Shown here piece after piece: positions 32,436 through 43,545 of a DNA stretch of 64,000 nt. The stretch comes from Alphaproteobacteria bacterium (lineage in GTDB: Bacteria; Pseudomonadota; Alphaproteobacteria; UBA2966): contig OZ219858.1 of assembly GCA_964291395.2 (NCBI GenBank), positions 864,001-928,000 on the forward strand. Direction: 5' to 3'. A model generated the notes under the pieces. It did not search any database. It was given only the letters and a program-made list of their open reading frames with translations, and was not told the origin of the DNA. Made by a program: the position numbers and the translations under genes. Position 1 is the first letter of the stretch. The number at the start of each line of letters is the position of its first letter.

Positions 32436-33323
32436 ATGCCCGTCTCCGCCCTGATCCTGGCGTCGGCCTTCTGGGCATCGACGATGATTGCGAACAAATC
32501 CATCGTGGACGACTTGGTGATATCGGAGATCGCGATAGGGCGTTTCGCCATCGGGGCCCTGGTGATGTGGTCGATCGCCGTACTGGCGGGGCAAGGCCGT
32601 AGACTAAAGGAAATCGGGTGGGGGCCGGTGCTGCTGGGCATTTTGGATCCCGGTATCGCGGCGATTTTCATCATCTGGGGTTTGACGCTGAGCAGCGCCG
32701 TGAGCGGCGTGGTCCTTCTCAGCACGCAGCCCATCTTGATGCCGTTGCTGGGCTGGCTGGTGCTTCGGGAGTCGATTCGGGGCAGCGTCGTCGCGGGGGC
32801 CGCGGTCGCTTTCGCCGGTGCGATTCTGCTCGTCCATGGGCAGGAGGATCACGGCGGCGGCTCGATGCTTGGCGATGTGTTTCTCGCGATCGGTGTCCTG
32901 ATCATTTGCGGCGCGCAATTGATCGCACGACGAATCGCTCAGGTTCACGGCCGCGCCATGGCGGTCACCAGCATTCAGTTGACGATGGCGGCGCTGGTTG
33001 GATTGTTCGTGATGGTCGCCGTCGAACGACCGGCATCACCCTTCGCGGACATGGATCCGAAGGTCGTTCTGACGCTACTCTATCTCGGTGTCATCGGCAG
33101 CACGGGGCCGTTTTTCCTCTACAACTACGCACTGCGCTTTTTGACGGTCGGCATGGTCAGCCTGATTTTGACGTTGATCGGTCCGCTCGGCGCACTGATG
33201 TCCTGGCTCTACCTCGGGACGGAAGTAACGCTGCTGGATTGGATCGCCATATCGATCGTCGTCTTCGGAGTGCTTCTGCCAACCATCTCGGAGTACCGGC
33301 TGTCGGGTCGGCGCAGCTTTTAG
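32436..33323 (+). CDS. DMT/EamA-family transporter
   Basis: About 10 TM helices, EamA pattern. Confidence 0.82.
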   Translation: MPVSALILASAFWASTMIANKSIVDDLVISEIAIGRFAIGALVMWSIAVLAGQGRRLKEIGWGPVLLGILDPGIAAIFIIWGLTLSSAVSGVVLLSTQPILMPLLGWLVLRESIRGSVVAGAAVAFAGAILLVHGQEDHGGGSMLGDVFLAIGVLIICGAQLIARRIAQVHGRAMAVTSIQLTMAALVGLFVMVAVERPASPFADMDPKVVLTLLYLGVIGSTGPFFLYNYALRFLTVGMVSLILTLIGPLGALMSWLYLGTEVTLLDWIAISIVVFGVLLPTISEYRLSGRRSF

Positions 33324-33485
33324 CGCGGTCCATCCCAGGTGATGGCGTCTGTAGCCGCCGATGCCCATGCTGTGGTATCTCCCTTGCGGTCTATTCCGGA
33401 ACTCGCCCCGCCTTGTGGCACGTAACCCGGCCCGGATACGATTCGCGGGCACGCCGGACGCCCCCACCACACAGGAAGGGATACG

Positions 33486-34439
33486 ATGTCGCGCATAGCG
33501 GTTCTTGACGATTATCAAGGCGTCGCCCTCGATATGGCCGACTGGAGCCGAGTGGCCGCGCAAGCGGAGGTCGTGGTATTCAATGACCACATCTCCGAGG
33601 CCGATGCCGTCGCCGACCGCCTGAGGGGGTTCGATATCGTCTGCGCCATGCGGGAGCGCACGCCCTTTTCCCGCGGTCTCCTCGCTAAATTGCCGGATCT
33701 GAAGCTGCTGATCACGACGGGACCGCGGAACGCCTCCATCGACGTCGCCGCGGCCAACGAGCGGGGGATCACGGTATGTCATACGGCTTCCCTGCCGACC
33801 GGCACACCCGAGCTGACTTGGGCCCTGATACTTGCGCTGGCCCGGCGCATTCCGCTTGAGTTCGCGAACATGCGCGACGGACGCTGGCAGACCACCGTGG
33901 GTGCGGATCTCGCGGGAAAGACCCTCGGCATCCTGGGTCTCGGCAGGCTCGGTTCCCGTGTGGCGCGCGTGGCGACCGCGTTTGGAATGTCCGTAATCTC
34001 CTGGAGCCAGAACCTGACCGATGAACGAGCCGACGAATGCGGTGCCGTGCGGGTGGGCAAGGAAGAGCTCCTGACCCGGTCCGACTTCATAACGATTCAT
34101 TTGGTATTGAGCGAGCGCACCCGCGGCCTGATCGGCGCCGAACAGCTCGCCCGCATGAAGGCGAGCGCTTACCTGGTCAACACTTCACGAGGACCGATCG
34201 TCCGGGAATCGGCTCTAGTGGACGCCATCCGACAGGGCGTCATCGCCGGCGCGGGCCTTGATGTGTATGACGTCGAGCCGTTGCCGACGGACCATCCGTA
34301 TCGGAACCTGCCCAACGTGGTGCTCACGCCGCACATCGGCTACGTCACCGGGGAAAGTTATCGGCTGTTCTACGGCGAGGTCGTGGAGAACATCGAAGCG
34401 TGGCTGGACGGCAACCCGATCCGTATCCTGAATTCCTGA
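33486..34439 (+). CDS. D-2-hydroxyacid dehydrogenase family protein
   Basis: LDDYQ, MRERT, GLGRLG, VNTSRG, TPHIGY. Confidence 0.92.
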   Translation: MSRIAVLDDYQGVALDMADWSRVAAQAEVVVFNDHISEADAVADRLRGFDIVCAMRERTPFSRGLLAKLPDLKLLITTGPRNASIDVAAANERGITVCHTASLPTGTPELTWALILALARRIPLEFANMRDGRWQTTVGADLAGKTLGILGLGRLGSRVARVATAFGMSVISWSQNLTDERADECGAVRVGKEELLTRSDFITIHLVLSERTRGLIGAEQLARMKASAYLVNTSRGPIVRESALVDAIRQGVIAGAGLDVYDVEPLPTDHPYRNLPNVVLTPHIGYVTGESYRLFYGEVVENIEAWLDGNPIRILNS

Positions 34440-34459
34440 TCCGCGGACGGGAGACTGCC

Positions 34460-35011
34460 ATGGCTCGCCTTCCGGAACTCGATCCCGACACCATGTCGCC
34501 GGAGCAACGCCAAGTCTACGACGACATCGTCAACGGCCCACGCGGCAAGGTCCAGGGACCTTTCCACGCTTGGTTGAGGAGTCCCGATCTTTGCGGGCGC
34601 GCCCAGAAGCTGGGCGCCTTCTGTCGCTTCGGCTCGTCGCTGCCGCCGCGTCTCTCCGAACTCGCGATCCTGACCGTCGCGCGCCACGCGACATGCCAGG
34701 TGGAGTGGTACCTCCACGAACCGATCGCCCGGGACGCCGGTATCGCGGACGACGTAATCGAGGACATCAGAAATGGCCGCGTGCCCGAGTTTGCCAACGA
34801 AGACGAAGGCGCGGTCTACGCGGCGGTCACGGACCTGCTGGGAACGCACTGCCTGTCCAACGAGGCCTATGCCGATGCGCTGGCGCTGCTCGGCGAGCGG
34901 GGCGTCGTCGATCTGGTGGGTATTGTCGGCTACTACATCCTGGTGGCGTTGACCTTGAACGGTTTTGAAGTTCCAGTCCCCGACGGTGCGCCTCCGCCTC
35001 TATCGGACTGA
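34460..35011 (+). CDS. Carboxymuconolactone decarboxylase (AhpD-like) family protein
   Basis: GPRG...GPF..WL.SP, ELAIL..AR, EW..H. Confidence 0.85.
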   Translation: MARLPELDPDTMSPEQRQVYDDIVNGPRGKVQGPFHAWLRSPDLCGRAQKLGAFCRFGSSLPPRLSELAILTVARHATCQVEWYLHEPIARDAGIADDVIEDIRNGRVPEFANEDEGAVYAAVTDLLGTHCLSNEAYADALALLGERGVVDLVGIVGYYILVALTLNGFEVPVPDGAPPPLSD

Positions 35012-35020
35012 CGTTGCGGC

Positions 35021-36163
35021 CTATGCGATTTCGACGTGCATGACCTGCATGTCGCGGACCGCGGCCAAGTCGGGCTCGACACCGAGCCCCGGGGCATCGC
35101 TGAGCACAAACGCGCCGTCGACAAGTTCGGGGTATGGCTCGGCCAATCCCTCCCGCAAGGGGTTGGCATTGAAGTCCACTTCGAGCAGCCCGTCCCCGTT
35201 GGCCGCCGCGAGCAGATGCGCGGCGGCCATGAGGCCGATGCCGCCAGCCAGAAAATGGGGACAATAGGTCAGGCCCGCATCGGCGATCATCCGTACGACA
35301 CGCCAGCAACCGGTGATCCCACCCCACTTGCAGGCGTCCGGTTGCACGAAACGGCACCAGCCTGACTTGACGAGATTCCGGTAGGCCGCTTCGCCTCGCA
35401 GGTTTTCACCGCCGGCCAACGCGATCTCCGAACTCTCGCACAGAGTCCGCCATTCTTGCGCCGGCCGGTCCGCGGGCAGCGGCTCTTCCAGCCACGTCAG
35501 AGGCATTCCCGCCATCCGGCGCGCCATGTCGGCCGCCGTGGTGAGATCCCAGGCTTGGTTGGCGTCGACCATGAAGCGCTCACCGTCGGCGAGTTCACCA
35601 GCGATCTCCCTCATGTTGTCGAGATCCCTGTCTTCGCCGAACCCGATCTTGAGCTTGAAATTCCGAAATCCCGCGTCGCGGGCGCGCTCCACCGTCTCGT
35701 ACGCACCGTCCGGATTGATTCCGCTCGCGTAGGCGGGTACCGCTCCCAAGGCGGAGGGCGACAACAGGTCTCGAAGAGGCGTGCCCTGTCGCCTGGAAAC
35801 CAAGTCCCACAATGCGATGTCGAGCCCTCCCAGGCATTGCGAAATCGTGCCCGGTTCACCGGATTGGAGCGTCCAGACGTGTGTCTCCGCCGTCAGCGTG
35901 TCGAAGGCGTCTTCGGGAGACCCGAAGGACCGGTCGATGATCCGAGGCGCCAGAAGCGTCTCGAGCCAGCGGGCGCGATGCTCGGCGCCGCTATTTGGGA
36001 AATTGCACCAGACTTCACCCCAGCCAAAAGCGCCATCCCGGTCCTCGAGGCGGACGAGAACGACGGGGCGGTCATGGAACGTCCCGAAGGCGGCGACAAC
36101 GGGCACGTCGACCGGTGCTCGAAAGACGTAACATTCCACGCGCCGGATATTGATCTCGTTCAT
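35021..36163 (-). CDS. Mandelate racemase/muconate lactonizing enzyme family protein
   Basis: GWGE, DIALWDL, KLKIG, MVDANQ, WLEEP, GEN, QPD. Confidence 0.9.
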   Translation of the reverse strand: MNEINIRRVECYVFRAPVDVPVVAAFGTFHDRPVVLVRLEDRDGAFGWGEVWCNFPNSGAEHRARWLETLLAPRIIDRSFGSPEDAFDTLTAETHVWTLQSGEPGTISQCLGGLDIALWDLVSRRQGTPLRDLLSPSALGAVPAYASGINPDGAYETVERARDAGFRNFKLKIGFGEDRDLDNMREIAGELADGERFMVDANQAWDLTTAADMARRMAGMPLTWLEEPLPADRPAQEWRTLCESSEIALAGGENLRGEAAYRNLVKSGWCRFVQPDACKWGGITGCWRVVRMIADAGLTYCPHFLAGGIGLMAAAHLLAAANGDGLLEVDFNANPLREGLAEPYPELVDGAFVLSDAPGLGVEPDLAAVRDMQVMHVEIA

Positions 36164-36330
36164 GCTGCGTCTCTGGATCTGTTGCTGTCAGGGCAGGACG
36201 TTTCAACCTGCCACATCGGTTCGGACCACGCAGCCCCGTATCGGGAGCGTGATCAATCGTGCTATGGCCGGAGCCGTTCCCATTTTCCCTTGACGAGCCG
36301 CCAAACGTTGAAGAGTCGCGATAACCTGCC

Positions 36331-37233
36331 GTGCTGACTGCCGTCCGCTATTGGTTCCATTCCCTGCCCCATCTTCCCCGTGCCATCGGACTGATGATCA
36401 TGGCGACGTTTCTGCTGTCCGTGATGCTCGGCCTCATCCGCTTCGTGTCCTTCGAGCTGCATCCGTTTGAAGTGGTGTTCTTTCGCAACCTGTTCGGCCT
36501 GGGAATATTGCTCCCGGTCTTGTTGAAAGCGGGAATAGAGCCCCTTCGGACCAAGCGGATCGGATTGCACAGCATCAGGGGGTTCCTGCAATCCGCCTCC
36601 ATGTGCCTATTTTTCTACGGGCTGAGCCTGACGACCCTGGCCAAGGTTGCCGCACTCAACTTCACGGCACCGCTGTTCGCTTCGGTCGCCGCGGTCCTGT
36701 TACTGCGCGAGCCTCTTGGGTTCAACCGGGCATCCGCTCTGGTCGTCGGTTTTTTCGGGGCCTTGGTGATCCTCCGTCCGGGACTCGCGATCTTCAACGT
36801 CGGCGCGGGCATGATCCTGACATCGGCCATGATCTGGGGGGTGGTCCTGATCATCATCAAGCGCCTTGCCGTCACGGAATCGAGCCTGACGATCACGCTT
36901 TACATGATGCTGTACCTGACCCCGTTGACGCTCATCGCCGCCATCTTCGTGTGGGAGTGGCCGACGCTCGTGCAACTCGGCTGGCTGATGGCGGTGGGTA
37001 GCTGCGGCACCGCCGGGCACCTGTGCATGGCGCAAGCGCTCAAGGATGCCGACACCACGGCTGTCATGCCGTTCGACTTCGGCCGGCTCATTTGGGCCGG
37101 TCTCATCGGATTCCTGTTCTTCGCCGAAATTCCGGATGTCTGGACCCTGATCGGTGCGGTGGTGATCTTCTCTGCCGCGATGTACCTTGCCGTTCAGGAG
37201 TCACGCCGGAACGCGTCCATTGCTCCCACGTGA
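36331..37233 (+). CDS. DMT/EamA-family transporter
   Basis: FFRNLFG, FTAPLF, LVILRPG motifs. Confidence 0.87.
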   Translation: MLTAVRYWFHSLPHLPRAIGLMIMATFLLSVMLGLIRFVSFELHPFEVVFFRNLFGLGILLPVLLKAGIEPLRTKRIGLHSIRGFLQSASMCLFFYGLSLTTLAKVAALNFTAPLFASVAAVLLLREPLGFNRASALVVGFFGALVILRPGLAIFNVGAGMILTSAMIWGVVLIIIKRLAVTESSLTITLYMMLYLTPLTLIAAIFVWEWPTLVQLGWLMAVGSCGTAGHLCMAQALKDADTTAVMPFDFGRLIWAGLIGFLFFAEIPDVWTLIGAVVIFSAAMYLAVQESRRNASIAPT

Positions 37234-37259
37234 TCGCGATTGGAGGCACAGGGGTCAGC

Positions 37260-38009
37260 ATGACGAAGACAGCTCTGGTAACCGGCGGCGGTTCGGGAAT
37301 CGGCCGCCATGCGGCATTGGCATTGCTAAAGGCTGGCTACAGGGTTGTCATTTGTGGCCGAAGGGAAGAGGCGCTTCGGGAAACGATTTCCCTGGCGGGT
37401 GCCGGAAGCGACGGCATCGAGTCCATTCGATGCGACGTCTCCGATCCGCAGGCCGTCGCGGCGATGTTCCGGGAGATCGAAAGCATCTACGGTCGGCTCG
37501 ACGTGTTGTTCAACAACGCTGGTGCGAATACGCCATCGACCAACTTCGGTGACCTGTCTTATGAGCAGTGGAGGCAGGTGCTCGACGTAAATCTGACCGG
37601 GGTCTTTCTCTGCGCCCAGCGCGCGTTCGAGCTCATGCGCCGCCAGGAACCCCAGGGCGGTCGCATCATCAACAACGGCTCGATCTCGGCGCATGCGCCT
37701 CGCCCGGGGTCGGCGCCCTACACGTCGTCGAAGCACGCGGTCACGGGGCTGACCAAGTCGATCTCGCTCGATGGACGGGCCTACAACATCGCCTGTGGCC
37801 AGATCGACATCGGTAACGCGCTGACCCCGCTGACGGAGAGGATGGCGAAGGGCGTGCCGCAGGCCGACGGGAGCATCAGGCCGGAGGACACGATGGACGT
37901 GGAGCATGCGGCGAACGCCGTGGTCTCCATGGCTGAACTCCCCCTCACCGCCAACGTCCAGTTCATGACGATCATGGCAACGAACATTCCCTTCATCGGC
38001 CGCGGTTAG
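37260..38009 (+). CDS. SDR-family oxidoreductase
   Basis: [17 protein letters not shown]. Confidence 0.92.
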   Translation: MTKTALVTGGGSGIGRHAALALLKAGYRVVICGRREEALRETISLAGAGSDGIESIRCDVSDPQAVAAMFREIESIYGRLDVLFNNAGANTPSTNFGDLSYEQWRQVLDVNLTGVFLCAQRAFELMRRQEPQGGRIINNGSISAHAPRPGSAPYTSSKHAVTGLTKSISLDGRAYNIACGQIDIGNALTPLTERMAKGVPQADGSIRPEDTMDVEHAANAVVSMAELPLTANVQFMTIMATNIPFIGRG

Positions 38010-38125
38010 GATTCACCACGGAAGCACTTGGCTGCAGAGGGGTTGTGCATGGGAGCGTGAGTCGTAGACAACAGGCTTGCGGCACTCTCTCTGCGCCTCC
38101 GCGGCGCTGTGCTTAAATCCCCGAT

Positions 38126-39058
38126 ATGCCGGAGCTCCCCGACATCACCGTCTACATCGAGGCGCTCGAGAAGCGGACCGTCGGTCAGCGGCTCATGCAG
38201 GTTCGCGTCACCCACCCGTTCCTCGTGCGATCGGTCGATCCGCCGATGTCGAAGATCCGAGGCAAGATGGTCAACGGTTATCGCCGGATCGGAAAGCGCA
38301 TCGTCATGGCATTGGAGGACGAGCTCTTTCTGGTCTTGCATCTGATGATCGCCGGCCGGCTGCAGTGGAAGACGTCGAGCGACGCCAAACCACCCGGTCG
38401 TCGCGGTTTGGCGGCGTTCGGCTTCGAGTCCGGCACCCTTATCCTCACAGAGGCGGGCGGCAAACGGCGGGCGTCGCTGCACGCCGTGCGAGGCGAACAA
38501 GAACTTGTCGAGCATGATCCGGGCGGGTTGGAGGTTCTCGATCTCGACCTGGAGGCGTTCCGAGGGGTCCTTTTGCGCGAGAACCATTCCGTCAAACGCG
38601 CGCTGACGGATCCCCGAATTTTGAGCGGAATCGGCAACGCCTACTCGGACGAGATCCTGCACCGAGCGCGGCTATCTCCCGTGAAATGGACGGAACGCCT
38701 CACGGACGATGAATTTTCACGCCTTCACGATGCCACGCAAACCGTCCTGTCGGAGTGGATCGGGCGCCTTCGAGAAGAAATGGGAGACGGGTTTCCGGAA
38801 AAGGTGACGGCCTTCCGGCCCGAGATGGCGGTGCACGGCAAGTATCGCGAACCCTGCCCGGTATGTGACTCTCCGGTACAACGAATCGTCTATGCGTCGA
38901 ACGAATCCAACTACTGCCCGACCTGCCAGACGGACGGAAAACTCCTGGCCGATCGCGCGCTATCCAAGTTGCTCAAGGGCAACTGGCCGAAGACCCTGGA
39001 AGAGATGGAGGAACGTCGCGTGATGGCGCGAAGCCATGGTGGTTCAAATTGGACCTGA
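38126..39058 (+). CDS. Fpg/Nei-family DNA glycosylase
   Basis: MPELP start, HLMIAG, GIGNAYSDEIL, CPVC...CPTCQ zinc finger. Confidence 0.92.
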   Translation: MPELPDITVYIEALEKRTVGQRLMQVRVTHPFLVRSVDPPMSKIRGKMVNGYRRIGKRIVMALEDELFLVLHLMIAGRLQWKTSSDAKPPGRRGLAAFGFESGTLILTEAGGKRRASLHAVRGEQELVEHDPGGLEVLDLDLEAFRGVLLRENHSVKRALTDPRILSGIGNAYSDEILHRARLSPVKWTERLTDDEFSRLHDATQTVLSEWIGRLREEMGDGFPEKVTAFRPEMAVHGKYREPCPVCDSPVQRIVYASNESNYCPTCQTDGKLLADRALSKLLKGNWPKTLEEMEERRVMARSHGGSNWT

Positions 39059-40549
39059 ACCGCCATGGGCCGCTTCGCACGCTTTCTTCACGGCGCTCAG
39101 CCCGCCACGAAAGGCATAGGCCTCGTATCCCGCCTGCTGCATGATCTCGACGAAGTACGGCGCCTGAGTGCCATAGGTGCAGTAAAGGACGTACGGCTTC
39201 CCCTTGTCCAAATTCCGCAGACCATCGGAAAATGACGCGGGATTGAGATGCACCGCATTTGGGGCGTGCCAAGCCTCGAACATATGACGCGGCTGACAGT
39301 CGACCAGAACCGTGTCGTCCGAAATCTCCTCGGTAAACAGATAAGGTGTTCGCAAATCCGAGGCGTCCAACTTCTTGAGATCGAACACCCGCCGCCCCGC
39401 GGCCGCAGTATCCAAGGTCGCTGGGTCGAGCTTCTTCGCCTCGTCGGCGACGCGCTCGGCCGACGTCGCGGTGACAGGGCGTGCGTCGGTCAGCGCGCAG
39501 TATTCCCGCACGCGCGCGGAGAGAGGCGCCGTCCCGATACGCTCTGCTTCGGCCACGATTTCTCGCTTGTCGTAAGTGATGAGGGGGCGAATGATCGGCA
39601 GCTTGACGGTACCGTCAATGCTGGCCAGGTTCTTCAGCGTTTGTGACGACACTTGGCCGATCGACTCGCCGGTGGCGATGACCTCGAGTCCTTCCGCAAC
39701 GGCGATGCGTTCGGCAACGCCGTACATCTGCCGCTTCAACAGAATTTGCAGATAGGTTTCGCGCGCCTTCTCCCGAAGCTCCTCTACGACCGCTCCGAAA
39801 TCGACGACGAACAGGCGGGGACGCTGACCGTGCGCCCACAACTCGGCGAGCATCTTGGCAACCTGGAGTACCAGGCGCTCGTAAGCGCCACCTCCGAGAT
39901 TGCAGAGCGCGAAGTCCGTGGCCACACCCCGCTTCATCAGTTGCCAGGCCGCTACGGCGGAATCGAATCCGCCGGAAAGCAGCGTCAGGGCGCGGCCTTG
40001 GACGCCGAGGGGCAGTCCCCCGGGGCCCGGCATTCGCGTCGAATACATAGAGGCTTGCGCCAGATCGACTTCCACCTCGACGGCGACTTCCGGCGAATCG
40101 AGGTCGACCCTGCCGAATCGATTGAGGGCGGCCCCCAGTCGCTCGGCCACGTCGGTGCTGGTGAATCCCATCTTGTCCTTGCCGTGTCCGGAGCGCTTGG
40201 CCCGGACCGCGAAGCTCCGGTGCCGGACGGCGTCGGCGAATACGGTCTCTCCCCGCGCGACGATTGCGTCGAGATCACAGTCCGTGGTTGCTTCGATGAT
40301 GGAATACGAGCTGATACCGAAAATCTTGGACAGTATGCTGCACGCCGCTTCTCCCGAATCGGTGGACAGCACGATACGCGCGCCGCTCATCCGCAATTCG
40401 CAGGCGATCCCTCGGGCTCGCAGGGCATCGGCGATATTTGCCCGCAACGTCTCTTGAAAACGCCGCCGCGCTCGTGCCGCTTTCAGCGCGATTTCGCCCG
40501 TAGGCCGAATGACGATGCGTTCGGCCCGGCCCGAAGATTGACCTTCCAT
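39044..40549 (-). CDS. thiI: tRNA 4-thiouridine(8) synthase with C-terminal rhodanese domain
   Basis: GEIALK, THUMP region, GGLPLG, PP-loop SGGFDS, GESIGQVSSQT, EYCA, rhodanese YCTYG. Confidence 0.92.
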   Translation of the reverse strand: MEGQSSGRAERIVIRPTGEIALKAARARRRFQETLRANIADALRARGIACELRMSGARIVLSTDSGEAACSILSKIFGISSYSIIEATTDCDLDAIVARGETVFADAVRHRSFAVRAKRSGHGKDKMGFTSTDVAERLGAALNRFGRVDLDSPEVAVEVEVDLAQASMYSTRMPGPGGLPLGVQGRALTLLSGGFDSAVAAWQLMKRGVATDFALCNLGGGAYERLVLQVAKMLAELWAHGQRPRLFVVDFGAVVEELREKARETYLQILLKRQMYGVAERIAVAEGLEVIATGESIGQVSSQTLKNLASIDGTVKLPIIRPLITYDKREIVAEAERIGTAPLSARVREYCALTDARPVTATSAERVADEAKKLDPATLDTAAAGRRVFDLKKLDASDLRTPYLFTEEISDDTVLVDCQPRHMFEAWHAPNAVHLNPASFSDGLRNLDKGKPYVLYCTYGTQAPYFVEIMQQAGYEAYAFRGGLSAVKKACEAAHGGSGPI

Positions 40550-40641
40550 CTCGATCCGGTCGCGCTCGTTGTCCCGATCGGCGCGTTTATAGCGCGGATC
40601 GTCCGGTCCGACTATCGCTGCGGGTTCGCCATGGGTTCGCG

Positions 40642-42249
40642 TTACGCCGCCTTCAGCGCGACGGCGCGTACGCCATCATCCACGTAGTCTTCAAACTGCT
40701 CGAAGTTGCGGTTGAACCGATCCAGAAGATCCGTCGCCGTCGCGTCATAGGCAGTCTGATCCGTCCAGGTGTTGCGCGCGTTGAGGATCTCGCCGGGCAC
40801 ATCGGGGCAGGATTGCGGAATCTCCAAATTGAAGAACGGGTCGGGTGAATAATTCGCCGTGTCGAGGGTCCCGTCGAGCGCGGCATTGAGCAAGGCGCGG
40901 GTATACTTGATCGGCATTCGTTCGCCGACCCCGAACGTCCCTCCAGACCACCCGGTGTTGACCAACCAGCATTTCGATCCGTACTTGGTGATGCGCTCGC
41001 CCAACAGTCGTGCGTAGGTGGATGGATGACGGGGCATGAACGGCGCGCCGAAACACGTCGAGAACGTCGCCTGTGGTTCGCTGCCGAGGCCCATCTCGGT
41101 TCCCGCCACCTTCGCGGTGTAGCCGGAGATGAAATGGTACATCGCTTGCTCGGCCGTCAGCCTGGAAATCGGCGGTAGCACACCGAAGGCATCCGCCGTC
41201 AGCATAACGATATTGGCGGGGTGGCCGGCCGTGCCGTCTTCGACCACGTTCGGAATGAAATCGATGGGATATGACGCCCGCGTGTTTTCGGTGTGCCGTG
41301 CATCGTCGAGATCGAGTACCCTTGCGTCCTCGTCATAGACGACGTTTTCGAGAATGGTTCCGAAGCGGCCCGTGGTCGCATAGATCTGCGGCTCGGCTTC
41401 GGGGCTCAGTCGAATGACTTTGGCGTAACACCCGCCTTCGAAATTGAAGAGTCCCGCGTCGCCCCAACCGTGCTCATCGTCGCCGACGAGTTTTCGATTG
41501 GGATCCGCGGATAGTGTCGTCTTACCCGTCCCGGACAGGCCGAAGAAGACGGCGGCATCACCCGCGGCACCGACATTGACCGAGCAATGCATGGGCAGAA
41601 CGTCGAGCGCCGGCAGGAGATAGTTCAGCACCGTGAAGATCGCCTTCTTTACCTCACCGGCGTACGACGTGCCGCCGATGATCACCGTGCGATCTGCGAA
41701 ACTGATGATGATGATGGTACCCGACCGTGTACCGTCGCGGGTCGGGTCCGCTTGGAAAGCCGGTGCATGTATCACCGTGAACTCGGGATCGAATCCGTCG
41801 AGTTCTCCATCCGTCGGCTGGATGAACATGTTGCGGGCAAACAGACTGTGCCACGCTGACTCGGCGATGACGCGAATGCCAAGGCGATACTTGCTCGAGG
41901 AACCTGCCCAGCAATCCTGTACGAAGACATCGCGGTCATCGAAGTAGGCGAGGACGAGGGCCTTGAGCGCGGCATATTGTTCTTGCTCGATGGGAACGTT
42001 GGTGCCGCTCCACCAGATACTGCCTTCGCTCTCCGGCTCTCTGACAAAATACTTGTCGTTGGCCGAGCGCCCCGTATGCTCACCCGTGAGCACGACAAGT
42101 GGCCCGCCGTCCGCTATGACCCCCTCGCTGCGACGAAGGGATTCCTCGTAAAGATGCGGCGCGTGCAGATTCCAGTAGACCGTACGGGGGTTCGCGATCC
42201 CCTGCTGTTCTATCCCCAGTCTGCTCCTCCGGGGCCCTACATGTTGCAT
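40642..42249 (-). CDS. pckA: PEP carboxykinase (ATP)
   Basis: HTGRS, YAGE.KK, GLSGTGKTT, GDDEHGW, NFEGGCYAK. Confidence 0.97.
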   Translation of the reverse strand: MQHVGPRRSRLGIEQQGIANPRTVYWNLHAPHLYEESLRRSEGVIADGGPLVVLTGEHTGRSANDKYFVREPESEGSIWWSGTNVPIEQEQYAALKALVLAYFDDRDVFVQDCWAGSSSKYRLGIRVIAESAWHSLFARNMFIQPTDGELDGFDPEFTVIHAPAFQADPTRDGTRSGTIIIISFADRTVIIGGTSYAGEVKKAIFTVLNYLLPALDVLPMHCSVNVGAAGDAAVFFGLSGTGKTTLSADPNRKLVGDDEHGWGDAGLFNFEGGCYAKVIRLSPEAEPQIYATTGRFGTILENVVYDEDARVLDLDDARHTENTRASYPIDFIPNVVEDGTAGHPANIVMLTADAFGVLPPISRLTAEQAMYHFISGYTAKVAGTEMGLGSEPQATFSTCFGAPFMPRHPSTYARLLGERITKYGSKCWLVNTGWSGGTFGVGERMPIKYTRALLNAALDGTLDTANYSPDPFFNLEIPQSCPDVPGEILNARNTWTDQTAYDATATDLLDRFNRNFEQFEDYVDDGVRAVALKAA

Positions 42250-42387
42250 CCGCCAACCCCGAACCCGATAACCACTCCGTGACGCCACGGTAACGACTCC
42301 GTGAAGTCTGCTCAACAGCCTGATACTACTAAATTCGAAGCATCCGCTTGGATGCGAGCGCGTCGCGTCCTGCGCTGTGGAGGCCGA

Positions 42388-42463
42388 GGCGCGGACCGGC
42401 GGTCCGCCCGCCGCAGGCGGATTGGGAATGCCGGAGCGGTTCCAGTCAAACTGGAACCGGCTA
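42388..42463 (-). repeat. Copy D of the TAG-anchored palindromic repeat
   Basis: Minus strand TAGCCGGTTCCAGTTTGACTGGAACCGCTCCGGCATTCC...GCGGACCGCCGGTCCGC from the LLM gene stop. Confidence 0.8.
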
Positions 42464-43339
42464 GAATTCCTTCATCGCGTCGGCGAACTCCTTCATTGCA
42501 TCGAGATGCTCATCGAACGAGCTGTAGCCGCCCTCTGTCGTCCTGAACACGAGTTGCGTGGCCCCGAGATCAACCCAGGCCCGGGCATCGGCGATCCACT
42601 CGTCGGGCCCACCCAGCTTCGAGTACACCATCGACTCGACACCCAACGAGTCCGGATTGCGACCGGCCTCCTCCGCGGCGTCACGGAACACCTGAACCAC
42701 GCGTCGTGACTCGTCGTCGGGCTTGAGACGCGCGATCATGAAGAAGCCGTCGCCAAGTCGGCCAGCGCGGCGCACGGCGACGTCGCTCACCGCGCCGAAC
42801 CAGATTTCCGGCGGCCGTTGGATCGGCATGGGCGCGAGACCGGCCTCGTTGATCGTGTGCCACTTGCCGTGGAAGGTGACGAATTCCTGAGTCCACAAGA
42901 GGCGCAGCACCTGGACCTGCTCCTCGACACGCTTGCCGCGGTTGTTGAAATCCATGTCGAGCGCTTCAAATTCGAGCTCGTTCCAACCGATGCCCACCCC
43001 GAACCTGAGGCGCCCACCGCACAGCACGTCGATCTCCGCCGCCTGCTTGGCCACGAGTACGGCCTGACGCTGGGGCAGGATCACGATGGCGGGGTTGATG
43101 CCGATGGTCTCGGTCACGCCGGCGATGAAGGCCATCATGGTCATTGGCTCGTGGTGCGGGAAATCCTTGGTATAGTGCACCGACATCGCCTCGGGACCAC
43201 GCGGCGTCGCGGCCTGGATCACATGATCTGGCACGGAGATGTGGTTGTAGCCCATATCCTCAGCGGCTTGCGCGAAGTCGCGAATGACGATCCTGTCCGT
43301 TCCGATTTCGGCCTGCGGGAAAGAGATACCGAATTTCAT
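42461..43339 (-). CDS. LLM-class, putatively F420-dependent oxidoreductase
   Basis: MKFG, DHV, ILPQRQ...VAKQAA..D.L.GGR...GVGIGWN..EF. Confidence 0.85.
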   Translation of the reverse strand: MKFGISFPQAEIGTDRIVIRDFAQAAEDMGYNHISVPDHVIQAATPRGPEAMSVHYTKDFPHHEPMTMMAFIAGVTETIGINPAIVILPQRQAVLVAKQAAEIDVLCGGRLRFGVGIGWNELEFEALDMDFNNRGKRVEEQVQVLRLLWTQEFVTFHGKWHTINEAGLAPMPIQRPPEIWFGAVSDVAVRRAGRLGDGFFMIARLKPDDESRRVVQVFRDAAEEAGRNPDSLGVESMVYSKLGGPDEWIADARAWVDLGATQLVFRTTEGGYSSFDEHLDAMKEFADAMKEF

Positions 43340-43412
43340 GCGGGTGGCCTCCGTATGTCCGCCGAGCATGATAGTCGCTGCAACCGGGCCACGCACGGTC
43401 TCGACCGAACCA

Positions 43413-43545
43413 TTACGATTCGTGCCAGACATCGTCGAAGCGATTTGCGTCGGTAAGCAGCCCATTGATCTGAACGTTGAGCGGTTAAAGAGAATTGGCC
43501 CGATTCCTTTGGATTGGGCGCGACAAAGACGCATTCTTGAGCTTC
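43413..43545 (+). pseudogene. C-terminal fragment of a large serine recombinase (integrative-element relic)
   Basis: Frame LRFVPDIVEAICVGKQPIDLNVERLKRIGPIPLDWARQRRILEL resembles the PDIVEAI..G.QP..L....L....LP.DW..Q tail of alphaproteobacterial recombinases; lies 3' of a tRNA. Confidence 0.7.
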
